From Epithemia pelagica (taxonomy: Eukaryota; Protista; Bacillariophyta): 64,000 nt of DNA. Where the stretch lies: contig OX337234.1 in NCBI GenBank assembly GCA_946965045.2, positions 2,232,001-2,296,000 of the forward strand. Reading direction: 5' to 3'. Below are positions 53,367-62,684 of this stretch, piece after piece. The translations under genes and the position numbers were made by a program. The notes under the pieces are model-generated. The model was not told where the DNA came from. It worked only from the letters and a program-made list of their open reading frames with translations, and did no database searches. The number at the start of each line of letters is the position of its first letter. The stretch's first letter is position 1.

Positions 53367-54269
53367 TTAGCAGAATGCTAGCTTGATGTCTTTGCGTTTC
53401 CGTAGTTCTGGAAGAACGATAGTTTGAACAAATTTCATGCACCATTGTGCTGTATCAGGAAGCGTACAAACGGTGTATTTCTTGTTCGACGGCTCCGCAT
53501 CCAGAATGACAAGTTGTGTGGCATCGAGCCTAAGAGGAGCAAGATTGTCTCCGTCATCGCCATGCTTCGTGTCAGTTTCACTCATTCCAAAAAGTGCAGC
53601 CAATCGTTGAGGAGTACCCACAGCCAATCCAAAAGGCGACTGTGAACATTCCTTAAGTTGATGAGTCACCGTTCCTTGCTTTGGAAAAAGTTTGGCGGCC
53701 TTGGTATGCAACGGCACACATTCCTTGAGTATTGCGACTGCACGTCGAGCGGATTGACAAACAATCAATATGGACGGACTGCCCTTTGCCGAATGGCGTT
53801 TGAGTCGCTTCTTACTTGACACAGATAAAAGTCGATTTAAAAACGAGTCTTGTTGGTTCTCTGAACAATTGGATTTTGCATGTGATAACTGTCGAGACAA
53901 GCGCTTGACGGATGGCAACGGGGGGAGATTAGAGCTGCTTCCAATAACTTGGCTATCATCGACCGACATCTTGGTATAGTGAGATAGGGCCTCCAGCAGA
54001 AACTTTGCTTGCTGATCCAACGATAATTCGAGAATGTTTCTGCTTGATTCCAAAAGAAGTTGCTGCTTCTTTTGTGGACGTTCCGCATCATGATCGTTCT
54101 GATCCTCGCCATCGTCACTGACGGTTCGTTTTCGTTTCTTCTTCTCCGCACTGGCGGAATCGTCGTCAATCACCAAGGACGATGATCCATCTATCTCATC
54201 GTCTTTGATGCGAATGTTCCCCGTAAGAAATTCTTCATCACTTCCCAAGTCATCACCTCCCATTGTCAT
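53367..54269 (-). CDS. CMS1: CMS1/CMSS1-like 90S pre-ribosome factor (degenerate DEAD-box-like fold)
   Basis: N-terminal GGDDLGSDEEF; SPSILIVCQSARRAV, AKLFPK, LAVGTPQRL. Confidence 0.8.
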   Translation of the reverse strand: MTMGGDDLGSDEEFLTGNIRIKDDEIDGSSSLVIDDDSASAEKKKRKRTVSDDGEDQNDHDAERPQKKQQLLLESSRNILELSLDQQAKFLLEALSHYTKMSVDDSQVIGSSSNLPPLPSVKRLSRQLSHAKSNCSENQQDSFLNRLLSVSSKKRLKRHSAKGSPSILIVCQSARRAVAILKECVPLHTKAAKLFPKQGTVTHQLKECSQSPFGLAVGTPQRLAALFGMSETDTKHGDDGDNLAPLRLDATQLVILDAEPSNKKYTVCTLPDTAQWCMKFVQTIVLPELRKRKDIKLAFC

Positions 54270-54353
54270 CGAAGTCAATTTTTGGTTGGCAATCGCTATG
54301 CCCTGCTTGGTCGCGCAAAAGGAACGGTCCAACGACGCACAGACACAAGAAAA

Positions 54354-55166
54354 ATGATGCGACGTCATCTTTGCATCTCAAATTTAGGTGCGACGAGAGG
54401 AGCGACCATGGCGCCACCAGGAGTAGTCGCCACAGACGAAGAACCAGATTGGCTGAGGGTACAAAGAGAAAACAGCCAAGAGTTATGGGGCGAAAGATTA
54501 CTTGTACCTGAGTGGGAGGATGAGGACAACTACCGTGCAAACAATGGATGGAAAGGCCGAGATCTCATTCATGATGCCAATTCTCCGGTGCGCATCACGG
54601 AATACTACGTGCGCTACGGCAATGGCGAAGGTTTGCCACATTTGGGCACTCAAACGACAGAAAACGGAGAAGGAAATGACTCTACGAAACCTCGAGGAGG
54701 CGTGGGAACACAATTGACAGGGATTGTGTTGTTTACTCAACTCGCCGAATCTCACAAAGGGTTTTGCCATGGAGGGAGCATGTGTAGTGTATTAGACGAT
54801 GTGATCGGTTGGTGTGGCTTTGTCGCTACTGGAAAATGTCTCCCGTGGAGTGGCTTTACGGTTCAAATCAATACAAAACTTCAGAAGCCCATTGCGGTAG
54901 GATCAACCTTACTGGTGCGCGCACACGTCACGCGCATTGAACGACGAAAGGTGTCGATTGAGGCCGAATTAGTCAGTTCTACAATCAAAGTACCGTCTCT
55001 GAATGAGGCAATGGAAGGAGAAGAAGATTCCCAGCCACAGCTAGAAGAAGGAGAAATTGTCCATGCTTCAGGGGAGGGCTTAGTTGTTCTCAACAAAGGG
55101 GTTCTGCCGCCTTTGGCCACAATGGGATCATTCCACAAATGGCCCAGCAGCGTAGAGTTGACATAA
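54354..55166 (+). CDS. Hotdog-fold acyl-CoA thioesterase (PaaI/THEM4-like)
   Basis: SHKGFCHGGSMCSVLDDVIG, GFTVQINTKLQKPI, RKVSIEAEL. Confidence 0.85.
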   Translation: MMRRHLCISNLGATRGATMAPPGVVATDEEPDWLRVQRENSQELWGERLLVPEWEDEDNYRANNGWKGRDLIHDANSPVRITEYYVRYGNGEGLPHLGTQTTENGEGNDSTKPRGGVGTQLTGIVLFTQLAESHKGFCHGGSMCSVLDDVIGWCGFVATGKCLPWSGFTVQINTKLQKPIAVGSTLLVRAHVTRIERRKVSIEAELVSSTIKVPSLNEAMEGEEDSQPQLEEGEIVHASGEGLVVLNKGVLPPLATMGSFHKWPSSVELT

Positions 55167-55373
55167 CTCTCCATGTGTAAAGCTGCGTTGGTCGATATCA
55201 GAGTTTGGAGTCAGAGGTACAAAATATTCTTGCTGGAACGAGTCCTCTCGTGGATAAAACTTTGATTGTTCAATTCTTCAACAAGAACACCTGATGTACA
55301 TAAAATGCTTTCGGCAAATCATATGGTGACAATAACACAAATTGTTCATCGCTGTAGATCTGTCATGTTCCAT

Positions 55374-57632
55374 CTAGTCTTTTACGGGAGAAAATGCAAT
55401 CGTTGGCACTGGAAAATTGTCAGACGGGAAGTCTTGTGATTCCTCAATGTGGACAACCTTCAAGCCAGCAACTTTCGCAAGATGGACCAAGTAACGAACT
55501 GATCGAGTCACGGAAGCATCCTCCAAATCCAGCACAAAATCGTCAGCTTTATCGCCTGATACTGTCATTACCCCGTCAGGTTCTACCTCGTCGTTCCGTC
55601 CAACTGTGTTCTCCTTAAGAACGATCAGGCCACCAGATTGAACAAGACCACTACGACACTGTTTCAAAAATCGAATGGCATCTTCATCGTGAAGATAACA
55701 AAACACCCATTGAACCCAAATTAAAGTGTACTTCTCCGGCTGAGAAGGAGCCCAATCTTGCAACGCGGTGCAATAGTAGCGACACTTGTTGGCACCTCCC
55801 TCGTCTCCAATAAAATCGGGAGCGGCAGCTAGCAAGTGCGAAGCGGATTCCACCAAATCAACGTGTCCAAACCCCAAGGGCAGCAACAAGCCCTTACTAA
55901 CTCTTCCAATTCCCGCGCCACATTCACAAGCCACTGCCTGTGCCAGATCTCGTCCAGAAAGTAGTCCCAGCTGTTGCAGATTCTGAACAAATTTCATCGA
56001 ACCAGCCAAATCGACTTTTGACAAAGGCGCAAAGCCTCCCAGAACACCGTCGACGGTGGGAGCACAATTTTCGAGATAATGCTCGTGTGCTTTATGGTAC
56101 CACAAAGATGAAGAAGACCCTGTGACGCCTTGCGATTCCCACATGGCTTGAATTGACTCGTATCGGTTGTTCTCTGTGTCTCTACCTCCCCACGAGGAAA
56201 AGTCGTCATCGTTCGCGTCAAATGTGCTTGGTAATACAGGTGTCAAGGATTTTGATGTTGATGATCTTTTAGGAGAGCAAGGGAAATCAAAATCGTATAA
56301 AACTTTGTGTGTGTACGTAGCTCTAGCGGGTGAAAGACTCACACATTGTCCCCGTGCAAACTCAGGATGCTTCTCGGCATCAACGCCGATGGAATCCGGA
56401 TAATGTTGGGTTTCCAAACAAAACCCCTGCCACGGCTGGTACTGGGCGGCATCCTTGTAACCATCTGTTGGCGACGTCGATAAGTAGTTGGCCGTATAAA
56501 CCTGCACACCTGGTGCTGTCGTCGATACTACCAATCGTCGCTGAGAGTGGGCATGCGTCACAGTGGCAATCCGCACCATCTCCTCTCCTATCGACGCACT
56601 AAGGCTTTTCTCATCCTTGGCCTTTACCACAAAGTTGTGATCCACACCAAATGGTGGCAATGCCTCATCATGAACGTTGCCAACGTCTATGGCTAGGTTT
56701 CGGTGATTGACCGCTGCAAGGACTCGATCACGGGGCAACGTGGCAATGTCGACACCGACGTTGACCAGAGAATGCGAAAACAATACGGGCTCAGACTGGA
56801 AATCCATCGACTTTTCGTTCGTCAGTGGAACAACTTGTCTTGTTGGAATGCTATGCTCATCCACGGGGGTGTATGCGACACAGCCATCGAGGTGCAACTT
56901 GTGGTCCAATATGCCCCGTGGATCGTTGTGGCCATTTAGATTGAAGTAGGAATGTTGCGCCAAGTTGACCGGTGTACAGGGGACCGCGTCACCAAGTAGC
57001 TTTGCTTCCATCGTCAAGGAGAGTTGGACATGATTCATGGCGGAGAAGGAATCCGATTGTTCTTGTTCATTCATTGATTCCGGACCTTCGAGTAATTTGT
57101 AGGTGGCCGTCACTTGGATTGTCCCTGGATAACCACCGTCACCATCCGGCGACAGTAGAATGAATTGGACACCTTCATTGTTTGGAAGAATTTGAGCATC
57201 CCAAACTTTATGTGAGAACCCCTGTGATCCCCCGTGTAAATGATTTGGTTCATTGTTGATGTCAAGTTGAATGGACTCAACGTCGACGCGAGGAAGTTGG
57301 AGTTTCCCCCTGGCAATCCGATTTGCCACCCGCCCGACGATAACACCAAAATAAACAGGGTTTCGACTAAGGTACATTTCGCGAACAGAGGGATACCCCA
57401 GAACTATGTCATCCATGCCGTCGGCGGTGCCATTGTCACTTGTCGGATCGGAGATAGAAGACTTTGACGATGGAACAAGGAACTTCGTAATGGAGGCACC
57501 CAGCGAGGAAAGATGGACCTCTACATCATTGCATAAAAGACGAAAATTCCGGATGCGAACTGGATCCTTTTCGTGTTGCTCGACCTCAACATGATCTAAC
57601 TCTACGACGTGATTATCGCCATGGTTCGTCAT
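55374..57632 (-). CDS. Fusion: aldose 1-epimerase (GalM) plus alpha-N-terminal protein methyltransferase (NTMT1/Tae1-like)
   Basis: One open frame. GalM motifs VGRVANRIARG, NHLHGG, NLAQHSYFNL, DHNF, GVQVYTAN, GFCLETQHYPD. NTMT motifs VDGVLGGF, ECGAGIGRVSKGLL, IWVQWVFCYLHD, LKEN, DASVTRS. Confidence 0.92.
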   Translation of the reverse strand: MTNHGDNHVVELDHVEVEQHEKDPVRIRNFRLLCNDVEVHLSSLGASITKFLVPSSKSSISDPTSDNGTADGMDDIVLGYPSVREMYLSRNPVYFGVIVGRVANRIARGKLQLPRVDVESIQLDINNEPNHLHGGSQGFSHKVWDAQILPNNEGVQFILLSPDGDGGYPGTIQVTATYKLLEGPESMNEQEQSDSFSAMNHVQLSLTMEAKLLGDAVPCTPVNLAQHSYFNLNGHNDPRGILDHKLHLDGCVAYTPVDEHSIPTRQVVPLTNEKSMDFQSEPVLFSHSLVNVGVDIATLPRDRVLAAVNHRNLAIDVGNVHDEALPPFGVDHNFVVKAKDEKSLSASIGEEMVRIATVTHAHSQRRLVVSTTAPGVQVYTANYLSTSPTDGYKDAAQYQPWQGFCLETQHYPDSIGVDAEKHPEFARGQCVSLSPARATYTHKVLYDFDFPCSPKRSSTSKSLTPVLPSTFDANDDDFSSWGGRDTENNRYESIQAMWESQGVTGSSSSLWYHKAHEHYLENCAPTVDGVLGGFAPLSKVDLAGSMKFVQNLQQLGLLSGRDLAQAVACECGAGIGRVSKGLLLPLGFGHVDLVESASHLLAAAPDFIGDEGGANKCRYYCTALQDWAPSQPEKYTLIWVQWVFCYLHDEDAIRFLKQCRSGLVQSGGLIVLKENTVGRNDEVEPDGVMTVSGDKADDFVLDLEDASVTRSVRYLVHLAKVAGLKVVHIEESQDFPSDNFPVPTIAFSPVKD

Positions 57633-57925
57633 GCTGAGAAACACGGATCTTTGAAGGAGGAGAAACTGACCCCCCGACAACCGACAGGCGACGCGTCACA
57701 TTCACATATGCCCGATCCCCTACCACATTTCTTACGCGAGCCGTGGCAAACGTTGAATAACGTCCAACGCATGGCTCAGCAGACCGGCCTGCGTTTCCAG
57801 CTCGGTCGCTCGTAGCGTACTTGCAGTTGCAGGTTGCAGAGCCGATCCTGCATCCGTTTTTGTTTCAAAATCTCCAGATGCTGTTGTCTTCTCGATCACA
57901 ACAATATACAATATACAAAACAACA

Positions 57926-58780
57926 ATGAACGTTCCATCATTGCTGCTCACCCTGAGCCTCGCTCTTGGTCATACAAATGCCTTTCTCTTCACGGGACCA
58001 TTGGGTACCTCCAAGCAAAGACAGTCCGTAGACATGCAGGAACCGCATGGCTTTCAAGATGGTGTCATGTCACGTCGAACCCTCGTCCTATCGGCGACAC
58101 CTCCTTTGGAAACAGCATCGAATTCCGATCAAGCTGGATTATTCGTCCTGATTGTGATTGCTGGTGCTGCGCTAGCGGCTTTTCAGGAATACAGAATCGA
58201 TCAATTTGCCACTGTCAAAGATACCGTTGCGGACTTGAGGAAAAAGAAATTGTCAGACGACGACTCCGCGGAAACAAAAGTGGATAGTTCGGCGACAGTG
58301 ACACAGGACGTAGATGAAGAGACGACGGAGCAGGAATCTGAGGTCGAAACAACATCAGCCGTGGAGTCTGAATCCGAGCCTGAACCAGAGAAACCTACGA
58401 AAGAGGACGTTGCGCCAGCCGTAACGAAAAGAGATGAGAAGATGGACTCGACGAAAGATGACACTCCATTTGTGTCGCAGAGATTGAACAGTTTGGTCCA
58501 AGAGGTAGGTTCCACCATTGAACAGCGTCGTGCGATGGAAGAGCTTGGAAAGCAGCGTCGTCGAATTGAAGCCGGTGCAAAGGATACAGTTAAAGAAAAG
58601 TCTCGTCCGCCAAGCGAAACCAAGGAGGATGTGACTGATGCAAGTCCTCCGTCGGAAGAGGTTGAAGAACCATCCATTGTCTCAACTGAGACGCCGAAGA
58701 AAAGGGGGTTGCTTCGAAAGGTGTGGCGCGTGACAAAAAAGGTCGTAGCTCCGTGGAGAAAGTGGGAAAATATCAGTTAG
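57926..58780 (+). CDS. Hypothetical plastid-targeted single-pass membrane protein with acidic stalk
   Basis: MNVPSLLLTLSLALGHTNA|FLF (signal peptide then Phe); TM LFVLIVIAGAALAAF; C-terminal amphipathic WRVTKKVVAPWRKW. Confidence 0.7.
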   Translation: MNVPSLLLTLSLALGHTNAFLFTGPLGTSKQRQSVDMQEPHGFQDGVMSRRTLVLSATPPLETASNSDQAGLFVLIVIAGAALAAFQEYRIDQFATVKDTVADLRKKKLSDDDSAETKVDSSATVTQDVDEETTEQESEVETTSAVESESEPEPEKPTKEDVAPAVTKRDEKMDSTKDDTPFVSQRLNSLVQEVGSTIEQRRAMEELGKQRRRIEAGAKDTVKEKSRPPSETKEDVTDASPPSEEVEEPSIVSTETPKKRGLLRKVWRVTKKVVAPWRKWENIS

Positions 58781-59393
58781 GGTTGATTTCTTGCTTCGTC
58801 TACGGGATGCAGAACAAGTGAGTCCACGACTTCCTCCTGGTGCTGAATCACCTATCACTCCAAAGTGCATGTATATTTTTACCATTGGTGTGACATCATC
58901 TGTCACCTGTCACTAAGAACTTCTATAAATTGCATATTGACATAGACTCAAGAAAAGCCAACTAGACTCAATAATGGGGCGAACAGATACTACTGTCTAG
59001 AGAGAGAGAGAGTATTCTTGTAAACGCGACATTCGTTATTCGTTGAGATATTACTCTACTCCTAGCACTAACTGACCGAGGGCTCCTCCCATTGTCACTG
59101 TGGTACCTACTCCTAGCTAGACCTCTTGAATAGGACCCCCACGGGTCAAAGCGTGAAAATCAAGTTTTTTTTCGCAAAAACTTACTCCTCTACGAAAAAA
59201 AGTTTAAAATGCCTCTTTTTCACCATGTCAAGATTTTTCCCGGATGGATCGATTCCATCAAAAGAAAAACAAAAAAGAAAAAAAAAAAAACGATCAACAT
59301 CACGAAACAACGACGTGAACTACAATCCGGACGACCCAAACACCATCCAAGCCAACGGAGGGAGTCCACTACGTACCTGAGAGCCCGCGTCCG

Positions 59394-62300
59394 ATGGTCA
59401 CGCCTAGGGGGCGAAACGCGGACCCGCCATGGGTTTTTTTGGCTGCAAACCGAACTCCCATGGTCCACCCACGACCGAAATGCCGATCCGGCGCAACCGC
59501 ACCCCCGCCAATCGGGACAAAACACATGAATCGCATGGCGAACCAACCTATGACCATGCAAACGCTCCATGGTCTGAGGAAATCCAAACCAAACGACCAC
59601 GACGGCATACAGGCCCACCATGGTGCCCAAAAGGCCCAAAAGGCCCAAAGAAAAACCCCGGAGTCCAACACCAACGGTCATCCGCTCCCCACTCCAGCGA
59701 CACGCCACAGCCAAACCGACACCCACACGAGGCAGGAGGAAAACAACCAACCAGGACCCGCCTCCAGGCCAGCCCACCAACCAACAAACCGTCCTCAACC
59801 ACCAACCAATCAAACCGGCACCAAACAATCGATGAACAGGAAAAGACACGACGCTACAGCCGTCCACCCACTCCCCGGCCAACTTCAACACCCAGACAAC
59901 ACCACGGCACCAAGAGCCGCAACAAGAACCACCGCCACCCAGACCGACCCACCGACACTTGTCGGCATCCAAGGACACATCCCAGATGGACCGAACCGAG
60001 CACCCAACAAGGGAAGACAACCGGCCAGTCATTTGCGAGCAATGAATGGTCATAGTCATAAAGCCAACTCATCGCAAGAAACGAACAACGAAACCATCCT
60101 CACAAAAAATACGAAAACCAAGAGTTTTCCCCAGATTCGAACACCACCAGCACCCAGCAGCAACAACGCCGACAACAACCCACCAGCATCAACCATGCAA
60201 GTCCACTCCAAGCCCTCCTCCGGCCGCCGTCAGTCACGTGCCAAATCGCAAGGCCCAGCCAAACCCTTCTCGTACAACGACTCCACCACCATTACCGCCA
60301 TCACCCCTGAACGCCGCTCCCTCATCAACAAAACCAAAACCATCGCCCAAGAAAACAACAAACAAAAAGAAACAATGATTCCGACCGAAAACCATAAAAA
60401 CAAAACCCAGAAAAATGCAGCCCTCACCATGAACATTGATCCAAACCACCAACAACACGAAGAAGTCGAAAACCACGACGACACCGAAGCCAACCCAGAC
60501 ACCGGCATGCAGCAGGACAACGACAACAACCACGCCCAGGAGCACAACGGCGCCAGCCACGAAAACAAAAACGGAAGCGAACCAGGCCTTCACGACAACC
60601 AAGGAGACCCGAACGGCCAAGCCCACAACGATGACCCCAACGACGCCGACCCGGCAAACAATGAGACGGAGGAAGAAGAAATGAACGACGACGCCCAAAC
60701 CAACACGGCAGCCAGCCCCTCCAACCCTTACCGCACCCTCAGGCAACCCCAAAAGCGCGCCCCTTCCCCAGAACCGGCGATGCTTATCCACCTACACGTC
60801 ATGGTCAACCACAATCCGAACCCGCAAGCGGAATCGGCTCTGCCCCGTCTTACCGAACAAGCGGTCAAAGACCACTTGAACCAGGTATTTTTCCACCACA
60901 GCAAGCGCGAAGAGCCCATGTGGCTTCAAGTGCACAAAGTTGAATTCATTGAAACCAAACAAGCTGGACGCCCGAGCTTCCGCCAAAACGACCAACAGCG
61001 TCAACGCAACAACAACGGACATGTATCATCCTTCCATGTCACCTTGTCCCCCGCCCCCGCCAACGACGCCTTCGACACAGAAGTTTTCCGCGAACAAGGC
61101 CTTCGGTGTGTGCTACAGATGTGGCACCGTCACAAGAATGACGACTTCTCCCACGACGATTTCGGCGACCCAAGCATCCTGCGGAACGGAACGCCACAAT
61201 CCAACCCAACCACCAACCCGCGCTGGGACCAATACAACGTGTACCTCCCAGCAAACAACAACAGGACCAGCGACACCTTCGGGATGGTTGTTGGGATTCC
61301 AGCACAAGCCATTAAACACCGTCGGGCGGCACAGGACTTGACGGCAGCAATTCAGCACTCCCTCCGAGCCCATCTTCCACGCAAGCTGGACTGGACGGCC
61401 TTCTTCGACCACATCGGGTGCCGATCCGGAACCTTTAGTGGAGAACTCAAAAGCAAACAAAGAGGACAGGTCCCCGTCGTCTACATCACGGCCTCGTCTC
61501 GGGCCAACTTCGAACTGCTATTGCGCAGTTACAATGCATTCACAGCAGCCAACAGGGACACCGACATCATGTGGCAAGACAACAAGATCCAACTCATTCC
61601 GATGCCCAAAACCCAAACGAATCGAACAACGACGTTGGAAACAATTAAAGACATTGACCAATTCTTTGGTTCAAGCGTCAAGATCCGCCTCCGTCCGATC
61701 AACACAGAAGCAACGGACGGCGATTGGAAACAACTCAAAACAATGGACGAGTACATCGCCGTATTCCCCGAATACGACAATGAAGATCCGGACCCCATCT
61801 ACTACACATTGATCATGCGAAAGACACCGGACACACACCACTTGACCACCAATACAATCCGCACGCATCCAGGATTCCCGACTAATATCCTGCTGCCTAC
61901 TCTGGCCGCCGTGGCGGCAACCCCTCCGCGGCAACCAAGCACCAACCAGGACACACCGACATCCTCCACTCACACCAACAGGCTCATCGCCTTCGCAGAC
62001 CGACTACTACGACGAAAGACCAACTCGGCAGAGGACCACAACCACCAACCAACAACATCAACCAGAGCTCGCAACACTCCACCAGGCACACCGCCTCCGA
62101 CAAAAAGAACCGCCACCCACTTTTCAGACGACGGCAATGACGACGACGAAGATCCTTACAACGACGGCACAGACTGGACACAGGTCGCGACAAACATGGA
62201 CCACAGCCACCAATACAATCGGCTCGCACACAAACCTGCGCAAAACGACGACCGCAAACCACCGGCACAACAAAACAGCTTTTCCGCCCTCGCAGAAGAT

Positions 62301-62684
62301 GAACACTCCCACAACAACAAACGCCACCACGACGAGGACGACGTGGACAGAATGGAGACGGAAGAAGACAACGACGACGCACACTCCCAGTCTCTCATCC
62401 CCCCGGACGATCTCGACGACAACGAGGCCCATCCGCAATACTCCGCACCAACAGGACACGAAATAGCACTGATCATGCAGTACGTCCGAAACAACAAACC
62501 GTCCCGCACCGCAGAGATGCGAAAATACCTGCAACAAACAAAATCATTCGCGAATGATACCGACGCGGAAGACGCCTGGCGCTATGCTCAGTCTCTGGTT
62601 CAGACTAGCAGCTCCAGCGTCGCCGGCTCCCGCACCGGCCATGTGGTCCCGCATGCAACATGGGCCAAAGAGCAAAATGAGTAA
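59394..62684 (+). CDS. Retrotransposon ORF1 (1096 aa, disordered ends, central globular region, no recognisable gag knuckle)
   Basis: Uninterrupted ORF directly upstream of, and overlapping, the RT ORF. Confidence 0.75.
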   Translation: MVTPRGRNADPPWVFLAANRTPMVHPRPKCRSGATAPPPIGTKHMNRMANQPMTMQTLHGLRKSKPNDHDGIQAHHGAQKAQKAQRKTPESNTNGHPLPTPATRHSQTDTHTRQEENNQPGPASRPAHQPTNRPQPPTNQTGTKQSMNRKRHDATAVHPLPGQLQHPDNTTAPRAATRTTATQTDPPTLVGIQGHIPDGPNRAPNKGRQPASHLRAMNGHSHKANSSQETNNETILTKNTKTKSFPQIRTPPAPSSNNADNNPPASTMQVHSKPSSGRRQSRAKSQGPAKPFSYNDSTTITAITPERRSLINKTKTIAQENNKQKETMIPTENHKNKTQKNAALTMNIDPNHQQHEEVENHDDTEANPDTGMQQDNDNNHAQEHNGASHENKNGSEPGLHDNQGDPNGQAHNDDPNDADPANNETEEEEMNDDAQTNTAASPSNPYRTLRQPQKRAPSPEPAMLIHLHVMVNHNPNPQAESALPRLTEQAVKDHLNQVFFHHSKREEPMWLQVHKVEFIETKQAGRPSFRQNDQQRQRNNNGHVSSFHVTLSPAPANDAFDTEVFREQGLRCVLQMWHRHKNDDFSHDDFGDPSILRNGTPQSNPTTNPRWDQYNVYLPANNNRTSDTFGMVVGIPAQAIKHRRAAQDLTAAIQHSLRAHLPRKLDWTAFFDHIGCRSGTFSGELKSKQRGQVPVVYITASSRANFELLLRSYNAFTAANRDTDIMWQDNKIQLIPMPKTQTNRTTTLETIKDIDQFFGSSVKIRLRPINTEATDGDWKQLKTMDEYIAVFPEYDNEDPDPIYYTLIMRKTPDTHHLTTNTIRTHPGFPTNILLPTLAAVAATPPRQPSTNQDTPTSSTHTNRLIAFADRLLRRKTNSAEDHNHQPTTSTRARNTPPGTPPPTKRTATHFSDDGNDDDEDPYNDGTDWTQVATNMDHSHQYNRLAHKPAQNDDRKPPAQQNSFSALAEDEHSHNNKRHHDEDDVDRMETEEDNDDAHSQSLIPPDDLDDNEAHPQYSAPTGHEIALIMQYVRNNKPSRTAEMRKYLQQTKSFANDTDAEDAWRYAQSLVQTSSSSVAGSRTGHVVPHATWAKEQNE

